The position numbers and the translations under genes are program-made. Below, piece after piece: positions 11,095-23,490 of a stretch of DNA of 41,325 bases (the stretch's first letter is position 1; each line of letters opens with the position of its first letter). Under the pieces are notes generated by a model. That model was not told the DNA's origin. It saw nothing but the letters and a program-made list of their open reading frames with translations, and did no database searches. The stretch is from Lenisia limosa (Eukaryota; Protista; Breviatea): contig LPNZ01010670.1 of the NCBI GenBank assembly GCA_001655205.1, forward strand, positions 1-41,325, in the 5' to 3' direction.

Positions 11095-14000
11095 ATGAAT
11101 GTCGCTGAGGCCAAGAAACTCTTCAAATCTTTGAAGAATAAAGATTTTGAGAAGAAAGTAGATGACGGCAACAAATTACAGTATTACTATTTGCTGCAAA
11201 CTATCCAAGCAAAGTCCTCCTTCCCTGAGCACCTTAGCAAATCTGGTCCTGAATTCCTTCAAAAGAACCAACCAGACACTGCCCTTCTCAAGAAACAGAA
11301 CACCCGTATGTGGTACACTCAGAGCAAAGTCAACCTCCTTCGTGAAGAGACAGAAGGCTTCTCCTATCTTATGTCCATGCTTTGGTCCGACTACAGCTTT
11401 GAAGACATTAGCAAGGCCATGGGAGTGTTCAACATTTGTTTCTCGCGCGTCCTTGAGCTAATGGCCGAATCTCTCGTCCACAAGCCCAACACTTCCACCA
11501 GGTTTGCCGTTTTATTCAATGTGTCTCCCTGTCTTTCTACCACCATTTCACATTCTAACATATTGCCTTGAGTCATATCCGTAGTTGCACAGTTGTTGGC
11601 AAGGCGATTCGTAAGATGCCAGTTGACCTCCTCAAATATCAGGTTTGGGCAACTTTTGGGGAATGGAGAGGGGGGGGGGGGTCTTNNNNNNNNNNNNNNN
11701 NNNNNNNNNNNNNNNNNNNNNNNNNNNNNNNNNNNNNNNNNNNNNNNNNNNNNNNNNNATTCTGCCCAAATACCAACATCTGTAATTGAAATGTTAAATT
11801 AACATTCTTTGTCCCCCTTTCTTGCTTGTTTCGTTATTTTTTTTAAGTAGGGGGGTCTTAATAAAAAGATTGTTCTGATATTCTTCAGGAAGAGATCTCG
11901 CGGATCTTTATGAAGCCGAGTAGGGCAATCTTCTTCTTCGAAAGCCTTCCGAAATGGTCTGGCGAATCTGCCTTTGCAGATAACGTTCGGATGATGCACA
12001 AATGGATCTTTGAAAGCGAACACAACATCGAGACCAAAAAGGCGCTCTTTTGGCGTCTGCACACCTGTGACCTCCCCGACTCGCCCCTAAATACTTCCCT
12101 GCCTTCCGCCTGCTTCTTCCCCGACTCCAACCTGCTCCCTCGCGTTCTCCGCGCCTTAGGCTCAATCTCAGCCGAGGGCCTTGGTCTGTCCATTCTTCCG
12201 TGGGGAGGGGGGGGGGGNNNNNNNNNNNNNNNNNNNNNNNNNNNNNNNNNNNNNNNNNNNNNNNNNNNNNNNNNNNNNNNNNNNNNNNNNNNNNNNNNNN
12301 TTTTAACACGCATTATTTGGTTTCTTACCATAACGCATAGTTAACGTAACATTTTAATATTTGGAGGCAGTATAGTCATTCACACTTCAGATCTATCACC
12401 CTCATGGACGACCAGGAAAAGAGCTTCGGTCACGTTTCCACCTCCATGGCGTCGATGTCTCTGAAGGAGAAGTTCGAAGTGTTCTACTACTGGGATGCGA
12501 TGACCAAACAAGACGCGTTCAAGGCCGTCACCACCACCGTCTCGGCAGCTCTTCGCGGACTCCTCCGTCGCGTGTCGCTGGAGAACGTGGAGAACATTGC
12601 CTACCTTCTTCCCACTCTTGTCCATCGTCAGCCTTTTGAATGCTTCAGAATTATCCTCACGCAGGTTGGGGGGAGGGGGTGTTCTCATGGCTGTGCTTGG
12701 TGGATACTGTTCAAATGTATTATTTCTCCACTACATGTACAGAAGCATAACAACTATCACCCCATTGCCTGCCTCACACCCTAGGTCAAGTCCTACGCTA
12801 ACCTCATCCCAATTGTGGCGCGTGCGCTCAAACATCTCTCACCTCTCATGTTCGACGTTATCAGCTTCTGCCTTCTCAGAGTATGAGCGGAATGCTTTTT
12901 TTTCAACTGCATGTCCTATTGTTATCGAGCTTCAATCACTTCGACCGTTGAGGTTTCTATTGTGTTTGTGTTACCCCCTCCCCCTAGTCTTTCATCGATG
13001 CCAAGCCAGAACGTCATGATGAACGCCCCTTCAATTCTCTTTGTAACTTTGCTAGGTAAGCTGGTAATGAACAACACTGTTTACTTTCAATTTCCATTAT
13101 CCACTAATTCAGTATGTATTCCATTACTCCAGCGCTTTGACATTTTAGCCTCGTTTTGATGCGCTATCCCCAAGCAGCCTTCGAGCCGATCGTTTCTCAC
13201 GTCGTCCACCAAGCTTACAAGGGCAACTGGGTCCCTGTCAACTCCTTGGTCACTCTCTTCAACGAACACGGTATTGAAATTGATGAGACTTTCATCAAGG
13301 GCACTCCCCCCGCCCTGAAGACTGTTATCCAGCCAATCTACCAAGAGAACCGAACTTTCATCAAGCGCTTTGTTGCCACCGGTTGCCCTCTGCACAAGAT
13401 CCCCCAACCCATTCTCTTTGAATTGGTCCCGAACCTCTTTGAATTCCAAGACATCATGGCGGACTTCTCCAACATCCTTGATTCCTGCAACAAATGCGTG
13501 GAGCATGACATGGCCGGCCTCAACAACCATTGCGAAACCACCGTCATTCATGATGTCATCTCGGCCATTTCCCGGACCACTTTCGTCAATGTCACCCAAG
13601 CCCTTCAGAGCCTCGACAAGACCACTCTCCACAACTTTGCTGTCCGTCTGCTGTCTAAAATTTCTTGGGTGCTCCTCTCCGGTACTCTGCATGAAATTCA
13701 AAGAGTTGGAGCCTTCGTACTGAACATGTTCGAGACTATCATTTCAAAGAAGCCTTCTGAATCCGATGTGAGTGGTGCCTTAACCTGGATAGATCATTGT
13801 CTATTGTTTTGCTCTTTGTTTCGCTCTTTGTTTAATTCTTATTGTATTTTCGTTATTTCGGTTAGTTTTTTATCCTGACTCACTTGCAAGTACACGCCTT
13901 TTCCTAACCCCCCCCCCCCCNNNNNNNNNNNNNNNNNNNNNNNNNNNNNNNNNNNNNNNNNNNNNNNNNNNNNNNNNNNNNNNNNNNNNNNNNNNNNNNN

Positions 14001-14218
14001 ACCTCTTAATGCATGATTTCGTTGAAGTCCAGAAGAACGGTATTCTCTTCCTCTCTGCCTGCCACCAGTGCCTTGTGCTCACTGACGAGAATCACGCTGT
14101 CCTCTGTGAGACCCTCTCCATGCTGCAGAACTCCAGTGCTTCCGACCTTCAGACCCTTGCGGCGGCTGTGTTTGGTAAACTCTCGTCTGCCCCTCCCCCT
14201 CCCGAGCCGGAAAATTAG
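11095..14218 (+). CDS. THOC2: THO complex subunit 2 homolog (divergent, apparently shortened)
   Basis: WYTQSKVNLLREETEGFSYLMSML matches the THOC2 KFNLLREExEGY motif. LRGLLRRVSLENVENIAYLLPTLVHRQPFECFRIILTQ|VKSYANLIPIVARALKHLSPLMFDVISFCLL matches the Thoc2 domain (KRxxKENVK...YxNLIxPVVxxLKYLTxLxYDV). Ends ...PPPEPEN* (TAG). Three gaps inside. Confidence 0.85.
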
Positions 14219-14285
14219 GTTTGAAGCAAATGCGTAAACTCTTTCGTTTTTTGCTCATTGGTATATTCCGTGCTTTATTCCGCTT

Positions 14286-16330
14286 TTATTTTCTTGTAAT
14301 TTTATTTGTGAAGATAAAGAGACTCCATATTTGAAACAAAAGTCGTCCCATCTCAACCATAGGTAAGACTGGAATAATTGAAGCAAATGAAGCTTGGTTG
14401 AATTCGACTGCGCTCTTTAACTCTTTAGGGACGCCATGGTATGTACGTGTATAGTGTATCAGTATTGATGAATCCACATTCTCTTTGAACGATAATAAAT
14501 AATAGAACAGAGAAATACAAATGTAATAGACAAAAGACGATTACTTGAAAGCAAAAACAGTTGTACTGGCTGTCATTGCGTAGGTATAAGTGTCAGGCAA
14601 ACTCAACATTAAGGCAATCTACACCGTGAATGCGGGGAAAGTAGATGAGCCCCAATGAAGTTACATTGCTGATGGGATGAGTCGATAAGGGTTGTTGGGG
14701 TTGTTTCGTAAGCTGGAAGAAAATTGCTTACAGTATGAGTTGAACCGGTTTTCCAAGTACTTGTACTTGCTGCGTTTGAGACTCCGAGCACACCAGGGCA
14801 AGCTGGGGGGGGGGGGGNNNNNNNNNNNNNNNNNNNNNNNNNNNNNNNNNNNNNNNNNNNNNNNNNNNNNNNNNNNNNNNNNNNNNNNNNNNNNNNNNNN
14901 NNNNNNNNNNNNNNNNNNNNNNNNNNNNNNNNNNNNNNNNNNNNNNNNNNNCTCTCAAACTGTATTTTTCAAACAGAGTAACGAAAAGTTACAATAAGTA
15001 CATTGTCATTGATAATACAAAAGTAAAAAAACAATTCACTTTGGAGCACATTCTTTCGCCCTCCGCTATTAGTATCAAGGTTTTTCTGAAATTAAGTTAC
15101 ACATACTGGTGTTGCAGAAGCAAAGAGCGAGCGGAGGGGGGTAGCGGTATCCTCGAGCATACAAATGTACACACTTCCGTCAATGAAAATTTAAGAACCA
15201 TTCTGAGAGAATATCAGAATTTACATCTTGGAGATTAAAATAAAATCCTGGGCAAAATCCTTGGAAAGTATTAGAAAAATATACGATAACAAAGGATCTA
15301 AATGTATCAATGATCTGATTAGTTCGTCCATAATAAACCCCTGCGTACTGCTCACAACAGATACATGATGATAGGGAACGGCCATCTCAGCTGTGCCAGA
15401 CTGAATCAGTTAGAAAATGAAACATGAAGTGAGACTTGAATAAAAGAACTGTGACATGCAAACAATCCAAATAGCCCCCTACCGGTAGGCCGACGTCTAG
15501 CTGTCGAACAGTCATCGTGTTCTCATTTGTGTCTTTGAACTGCCCAAAGTCATTGTACCACCGTAGCATAATGTGAGATCACAAGATGAACAGCACTGGC
15601 GGCACCCAAAATGTCGACTGTCTGTGGGATTCCCACCTCCGTGCTTGCAGTAGACAACATCAATTGCTTGTGGTAATTGTATCCCCAGGTGTAGGCATCT
15701 CCATCGGCTGCAGAGTGAAAGTCATGATTTGAACTTATGAAGCAATTCAAAGTAATCCAATGTGTGCAGTTTCTCAGCCCATCAAACCGATGAGTCTGAA
15801 AAAATTGATCCCACTTGAAAACTTAGTTTTCTCCTATATGCATCACCACAATAATTTTGATTCCACTTTGTACTTTGAACAATTGATAGAACAGAGTAGC
15901 TTTTTTGAGAAAAGAACACAAACACAGTACCAAAATCAATTCTGACCTGGAATGCACTATACAACATGGGTGTAGACACGGGATCCGAACTTTGACCAGC
16001 AACACCAAGATAGGTGTTTTTGCCTTGACACTTCAAAGGAGCCATCTTGACTATGAGTGTTTGAAAATCGAATCCCTCAGGACAGTTGCCTTGTTGTGTA
16101 AAATACCCAAGTTATGAGATAGAGAGTTGGCCGACGCCACTATCATGTTGTTGGAATAATAACTCCTCATTTCTGTATCGAAGACTTCAAAAGATACTGT
16201 GTATCCCAGAGACGAGTTGATACCTACCACCTTACCGATACAGTGATATCAGCTAAGACAGAACTTGGTCCCACATTGCGTGACGCCGTTAAACACATCT
16301 GACGATGGTCAAAGACAGAAAAGCTCAAAA
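14286..16330 (-). CDS. RCC1-repeat-containing protein (multi-exon; boundaries uncertain)
   Basis: Exons DGDAYTWGYNYHKQLMLSTASTEVGIPQTVDIL (~15615-15705), GKNTYLGVAGQSSDPVSTP (~15970-16030) and WYNDFGQF fit the RCC1 pattern DGxVYxWGxNxxGQL...P. Whether the exons at 14286-15240 belong to the same gene is inferred. Confidence 0.6.
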
Positions 16331-16489
16331 TATCTTCCTGAATTAAGTATCCATCTCAATTTACATCAATATAATATATACTATAGATATAGTATATATC
16401 ATATGTAGAAAAAAGCAATAAATTAGGATGCATCAAGCAGTTCACATCCACATCATGTTTAAAATAATAGCCTATAGAGAAGACAAATT

Positions 16490-18230
16490 AACCAATCCAA
16501 GATACCTTCACCAGCGTTTGGGGAGTCAACAAGACAGTAATAATGAAGGAAGCTAAATACCGAGAGAGAAGCAATGTAACCCAAAAAAAGACTTACTTGA
16601 TACAAAGGAGCTGAAAAATTCCTAAAACATTATCAAAGGAAAAGTGGAATGTCGGTATCGGATCAAAAAGACCCCAATATGATAATAGTCTGGACTTTGT
16701 TGGCTGTTGTGGTCGAGGAGGTTTTGTCTTCTTTTACCTTCGTCTGATATCATCTCCCTCCCCACATTAGGAACAGCATGTTTTGCTTACTGGCTTACTT
16801 TTAAGGCGTCTGGATCAAGGGTGGCCTAAGGAGGGTGAAGGCAAAACAATGAATCAATACCAGAAAAGAGTGAATGTATAGGGGGCATCAATATGTATTT
16901 CTTGGGGCTAAGACATACCCCAATGCTGCTTTGGTAAAAATAACCCAAGAAACAGAAACAACAAATCAGAGTGTGTTTTACAAAACATTTCACGAGTCAC
17001 ACTGTCATTAACTCCCTCCGCCCACATCAACCGTGAAGTGATTCAAGAGTCCACTGAAGGACGACCTAAAACATTGTCAAAGCTATTCCTCTTCCCTGAA
17101 TACCTAATGACAAAAGTTAGCAGAAAAAATTAGGCTTGCTGCCAACTTAAAGTGAATGACACGACCGTGACCAGGGCTTTGGCGTGAGCAATAGAACTTG
17201 GTGCTTGTGATGGGGTTCTTCAGTTTAGCCAACACGGACCTTGAGGGCCAACGACAGGCTGTGTTAGAGGACTGACAGTAATTTCCTAAAATTATAAGAT
17301 GCACCTGTTCGAGGTGAGTTGCTCAACCGTGAAATGTGATATCTCACCTCCAAGATTGGGCTCCAAGAGAGGGAACAAGTCACCCTCCGGAATATTGGCC
17401 TTATCCGCCTCGGCATTCACAATGGATGACAACACTAAAAAGTGACACCGAATTTGGAGTAACCCAACGTACCTGAAAAATCAAAAGGTGGATATTTTGA
17501 GAGTTTCTTTTTAAATAATATCCGAGGAACATAAGAATATTAATAATGATTGAGACCAGATCACAGCAAACGTATAGTAGGGTCATGAGCATTACCAAAA
17601 GTTTGTTTTTGTCTGCTCGAAGTGCGTATTTTGTGTATCACTGACGTTTTTTAGCTTACAAAAAGCAAAACCATGCTCGTTGGACTTTTTTAGGTTTGAA
17701 AATGTGACTTAGAACCATTCTCTATTTTTCTTTCCTGATATGAAGCAGGCACTCATAAATTGCGGTCGGGTCAAAAAAAAAACCCCTTCCTTGAGAATTG
17801 ATATCCACCTTAACCCAATTTTGAATCTCAGTGAATTACGTTCAATTTGCATAAATTTTCTAAAGCACTCGAAGCAAATTAAGCCCAAGTTACCCTAGTC
17901 AACACCCACCAAGCATCCAGGGTCCATCATTGGTATCGGGAGTCATGTCACAGTACACCCGAGCAGAGGAGCCGTCGTTCAGAGCAATCGGATATACGCC
18001 GGTTTCATTGATACCTAATTGGTTATTTTGCTTCCTAGAGCAAAATTAGGAATACAATGATAGGGATGTTTCACCCTGATTGGATATGATATTAACATAA
18101 TTGTCATATTGTAATTATTTATACTGATAAAAAGTACTAGTAACTGTTTGAAAGCACCTTACATTGTTCCATTTGTACCAATCATGAGTGAGCATGATAG
18201 CAGCACGATTCATAACCAACTCCTTTCCTT
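16490..18230 (-). CDS. Protein with a fibrinogen-like (YCDxxxxGGGW-type) domain
   Basis: Exon ~17905-18035 encodes GINETGVYPIALNDGSSARVYCDMTPDTNDGPWML; a later exon encodes KFYCSRQSPGHGRVIHFK (~17145-17200). Shares a divergent AT-rich intergenic region with CDKAL1. Ends approximate. Confidence 0.6.
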
Positions 18231-18455
18231 CTCCTAAACAATCTTCCAGATATCTCGCTTCTTCTTTTTTTATTAATATATATGTATACACTAATGAGAG
18301 CATATGTTTGCTGTCAATGAGGCTGCGATCTGGCTGCGATGGAGGCGGGGAGGGGAGGGAACGCATATAATCTATTCTACTACCCCATGCCAATGCCAAA
18401 GTCATTGAAGCTTGAAGAAGCGAAGAAGCGGAAGCAGTGCACGCAAATCTTAGTG

Positions 18456-21400
18456 ATGTCTAGTTTAGTGGACATTGAAGACCAGCAAGGGTCTGTGGGA
18501 TGGCGGGAAGATTGGGTATGTTGACGTCTAGTGGGTGATACACGCCCTTTCCAAGTGATATGAGGCATTTTGTGTGTTATGAACGTTTAATTATTGCCAA
18601 AAATGGGGTTCCCACTTCACTCACCACTAATCAGTCGCATTCCTTCGCCAGCCAGCGACTCAGTAGTGCCTCGTCGTACTGTGCGGCCAGGTGACGAAAA
18701 AGAGTTTCCTCAGGTGTTTGTTAAAACATTTGGGTGCTCTCACAACGTATCAGATGGAGAGAATATGGTTTGCACTGGGTTGATCCCCCCCCCCCCNNNN
18801 NNNNNNNNNNNNNNNNNNNNNNNNNNNNNNNNNNNNNNNNNNNNNNNNNNNNNNNNNNNNNNNNNNNNNNNACCCCATCACTGAGAATCCTGAAGCGGTA
18901 TGAGTAACTTTTCCTACTCATTGCACACTAATTATACTGTCCTGGTGCTGACGCTGGATGGTGGGGTCGCAATGACTGTTTAGGCCGCTGTGTTGGTGTA
19001 CAATAGCTGCACAGTGAAAGACCCCTCCGAATCAAAATTTGTCAATCTCGTACAGTGAGTGTTTGTTACTCTTTCATGATTTATGTTGTGTATATTGGTA
19101 TACTAATATGATGTGTGAACACGTAATTGCCGATTTGTATCACATAGTAAAGGAAGATATTCAAAGAGCAATCATTTATTTCAATGAAGATCCAGATATG
19201 CAAAGTTGAACAGGTATTTAATATTATATTTAACTATATAAAAACGCATGCTTAACAGTGTAGGGAGGGACTTGAAGCAGGCAAAAAGGTTATTGTCACG
19301 GGGTGTGTCCCTCAGGTTTGTGGGTTGAATATCATTTATACAATCTGTACGAAATTGCAAAGAGTGATAGACTTTTCAAAGTATTCATGGTGCTGCACTA
19401 TAAGAGGTATTCTGCAACAAAAAGACAAACAAAATGGCGCAACACTTACGAAGTAGGGTGACAGAGGACTGTTCAAAGGAAACAATGTTTCTGTTGTTGG
19501 AGTTCAGCAAATCCACAGAATTGTTGAAGTTGTTGATGAGGTGATCTTGGGCATCTCTCCTGCTTTTTTTTTTTATTTGCCAGTTATACAGATAGTATTT
19601 GCATTTATTCTTCCCTGATACACGCACCTTCCTATGCCATCTGGCATCGCTCACCTTGAAGGCTGTCAAGGGGCACACGGTGACCTTTTTGACCAGGGAC
19701 CCTGACCAACTCCCGGACCTTGAAATACCAAAAATCAGAAAGAACCCCCTTATTGAGGTGAAGCATTTGCTCTTTGAAAGATTTTTTGTTGTGGTTCACT
19801 ACACTGTTTGCATGAGTCATTCAAATATCCGTTGACTGCCTTGACAACTTAGATTATTCCAATATCCGTTGACTACCTTGACAATTCAAATATCCGTTGA
19901 CTGCCTGACAACTTAGATTATTCCAATATCCGTTGACTGCCTTGACAACTTAGATTATCCGATATCCGCCTTGACAACTTAGATTATTCTGATATCCTTT
20001 GACTGCCTTGACAACTTAGATTATTCCGATATCCGTTAACTACCTTGACAATTCAAATATCCGTTGACTGCCTGACAACTTAGATTATTCCGATATCCGT
20101 TGGCTGCCTTAACAACTGTACTTACTGCAAAACGAAGCATGCCCGAGGCACCCTTGTTTCCTATCCCATCGAGGCTATTACTAAACGGTGAGGCAATATT
20201 TGTCTTTGGTGTTGTTCCCTGTTAAAAGGCTGGGTTTCACCAAAAATATTATAACTCTGGTTCGTTATCTCTGAATGTTAGCAGTATTGAATAGAAGATG
20301 TATTCAATACTGTAATTTCATAATTGTTGGTTAAAATGCCTTGCCTTTTGCTCATCATTTAGGATCCAGAGAGTCTGTGAAGAAGGAATCAGGGAAATTA
20401 GACTCACTAGGTTGGGTTGGTCCAGAGCAATATCGTAGTATTATGTAGTTATGGCAGCTTTGAGCATTTCAAAGCAGCTTTGAATCAAATGACTTCATAA
20501 TTGCCTGATGTACATGTACCTCATTGTTAATTTCTGCAGTGAAGATCTTGGCGCATATGGCATTGACATTGACTGCACGATAGCTGACCTATTGAAGTGG
20601 GTTTCATGTATGATATATGCTACTACATATATATATATATGAAACTATTAATACTATTTTTTTGTTCTTGTTTTTTGTTTACTATTGCGTACATATTATG
20701 ATAGCATATTATTATAATGACCCGCTGTCTTATGATGATCGGTGTTCCTGCTGGCCTCTCCCTTGAAAGCGTGGTAATTCGTATATTAGAACTCATCCCG
20801 TATTTGTTCCAATGTTACTTCTCAGGGAAAGTTTGGTTGTTCTCGAGCGCTTTCCTCTTGTCATGATGAGGTGAGGTCACAGTCTCATGATGTTTTGTCT
20901 CTTCCCCTCCGTCTCATCTTTCAGGCTTGGAATGACCAACCCCCCGTACATGCTAGCTCACCTTGAGGCTGTGGCAAAGGTTGGTTCCCTCAACTCACTA
21001 AAGTATAATTGTTTTGATTCATCAATATGGTATGTATTATATTATCTATAGCTTTGTAATACAGAACACAATATAGGGGTGATATAGGCGTACTATCTGA
21101 AACAAAAACTATACAACTACTTCCATGCTTAATTGCGTTGTTTGGTGGAATTGGTTCTTACTATGTAGACATTGAACCATCCTCAAGTCTACGCCTTTCT
21201 TCACATTCCGGTTCAATCGGGCAGTGACCATGTTCTTGATGTCATGAACAGACAATACACCTGCCAGGAGTTTGTTGACACTGTGGACTATTTGAAGGAG
21301 CATGTCCCCGGTATCACCATAGCAACGGATATCATCTGTGGCTTCCCTGGTGAAACTGATGAAGACCACCAGGTGTGCTAACATCAGGGTGCTAACTTTA

Positions 21401-22834
21401 TATCCCGTTACATGCTTTGTCTCAATTCTCATGGGTTGGATTTTCAGGCGAGTATTGGGAAAAAACTGTTATCTTTGTTGGACAATAAAATCTGAAGTGA
21501 CCCCNNNNNNNNNNNNNNNNNNNNNNNNNNNNNNNNNNNNNNNNNNNNNNNNNNNNNNNNNNNNNNNNNNNNNNNNNNNNNNCATCTCACAAATGTACCG
21601 TCGACCCGGCACTGTGGGTTTGGAGGGGCTGTGAGATGAAGGGGATCTTGCCCCGCCCTAAACTTATTCTTTCTAATCAATTCCCACGAAATGATGTGAT
21701 GTTGTTCTTTGCCTCTATTTACGACATCAGCCAGCCATGCGAATGTCTCCGGTACCCTCGTTGGTGAGGAAAAACAGGTCTGTCTGGTTTAACTGAAAGA
21801 GTTGCCTTTACAACCACAAATCATATCATATAGTACACAATACTTTCTCAGATAGTTCTCCATTAACTCGGCAGGTCTCGGGAAGTCACGACTCTTTTCA
21901 ACAGTTACACAACGTTCGAAGAGTACCTCGAGAAAACCCTCACTGTAAGAACTTGCTCAAACCCTTATAAGGTCATGTGCTTTGCCAGTTGAGATGTTCA
22001 CAGAGTGATGAGATGTAGTGTTGNNNNNNNNNNNNNNNNNNNNNNNNNNNNNNNNNNNNNNNNNNNNNNNNNNNNNNNNNNNNNNNNNNNNNNNNNNNNN
22101 NNNNNNNNNNNNNNNNNAATTTTTCCATTTTACTCCCTCCCAGGTTCATGTGACCGAATTGGCAGCAGATGGGACATCCCTCGTGGCGCACACCAAGGAA
22201 TTCGTCCAGGTGCGGGGGAGTATTTCTAATCAACATGATCATCATGTATACTGACTGAGTCATCACAATGTGTTTTATACCAGTTCCCAACTTCATCATT
22301 GCGCTTTGTGCTATCCCAAATGACCGCCCCAGGTTCTCCTTCCTCAGTTCTCCTGCCAGATGGGCGATATTGTTCAGTGTCGAATCGTGTCTTCTTCAAA
22401 ATTCTCCCTCAAAGTATGATACAAGCAAATAAAAGAACAAAAAATATACATACTTTACCTTTTCTCTCTTCATTTTACCGTACGCTGGAGTGATGAGATG
22501 TGGTGCTGCAGAAGCGACCTCCCTGGTCTTTGTTTTGTTGTTATCAACCCTTGTGTATTGTCAGCCAACAGAGTTNNNNNNNNNNNNNNNNNNNNNNNNN
22601 NNNNNNNNNNNNNNNNNNNNNNNNNNNNNNNNNNNNNNNNNNNNNNNNNNNNNNNTTGATGACGTGGCAATCTATCTTCCGACATCAATGTCAGAATCAA
22701 GCCCGGCCTGCGCATGTGGTACGGGTGAATGCCAAAAGATTCAAAAATCGAACTCTTGTCAGTCTATTGATATGACGATTCCTGAGGAGTCGGTTCTGGC
22801 TGTCGCGAGGATCCATTTGAGGCATTATTGGTGA
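18456..22834 (+). CDS. CDKAL1: tRNA threonylcarbamoyladenosine methylthiotransferase (CDKAL1/e-MtaB; radical SAM + TRAM), at least 17 exons
   Basis: Ordered exons: [92 protein letters not shown] (CxxxCxxC 20105-20128), [31 protein letters not shown]...[54 protein letters not shown]. The last exon and stop are uncertain. Confidence 0.97.
19820..20116 (+). repeat. Degenerate tandem array (9 units, 28-37 bp) derived from the 3' splice site plus the first 11 codons of the CDKAL1 radical-SAM exon
   Basis: Core atatccgttgactgccttgacaac. ttag|attat acceptor copies have their AG ending at 19852, 19916, 19953, 19982, 20019 and 20083. A ~64-bp higher-order pair recurs (19849-19912 and 20016-20079). 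Confidence 0.95.
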
Positions 22835-23490
22835 GTCATGTTGTGATTGTGCTTATCCACCATAACTTGTGTCAACACTCCATATAACTCATTTTTGGCA
22901 ACCTGTTTGGTCTTAAACTGCAATTGTTAAATATCATTAGGGGCGCGTATGTACTTGCGTTTTCAGCTGCTGCCGTAATAGCGCTGAAAAAGAAATTCTT
23001 TTAGGTTAAATATTGTGTTTTTTTTTTCTAAGTCCAAATGTTTCCATTAATGTTATTCCAAGGTTCCCTGTGGGTGCTCTTGTACACTACTTTACATTAC
23101 CATTGAAACAATAATACCTAAACCATAGCTGTGCTACCTTTTGCTCTTTCGGGCGATTCTTAGAGCCACGGCAGCTGACACACCATTTTTCTCTCCACCA
23201 GATCTTGCAACCTGAAAACATGATGGTGACACGCGTTAATAGGAAATTGAAAGATGGTTAATGAAAAAAAAAAAAAAAAAACTNNNNNNNNNNNNNNNNN
23301 NNNNNNNNNNNNNNNNNNNNNNNNNNNNNNNNNNNNNNNNNNNNNNNNNNNTGACAATTTTTCAAAATTGTGTCCTAAAAAAATACTTGTTTTCCCACCT
23401 TTTTTGCTGACTCTCTTTTTGCTTCACTACGTTTTTCTGCCATCAAATTGAGGAGTCGTTGTCTGTTGGTGAAAGGATGTAGGAGGACAA

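Noticed and set aside
13087-13723. Long antisense and alternative-frame ORFs over THOC2 (13087-13701 minus, 13370-13723 plus)
   Set aside because: These are shadows of a codon-biased long exon and show no independent motifs.
16130-16300. Ctf4/And-1 SepB-like reading (YHCIGKVVGINSS...FEVFD)
   Set aside because: The resemblance is superficial and includes an in-frame TGA; the downstream exons are clearly RCC1-like.
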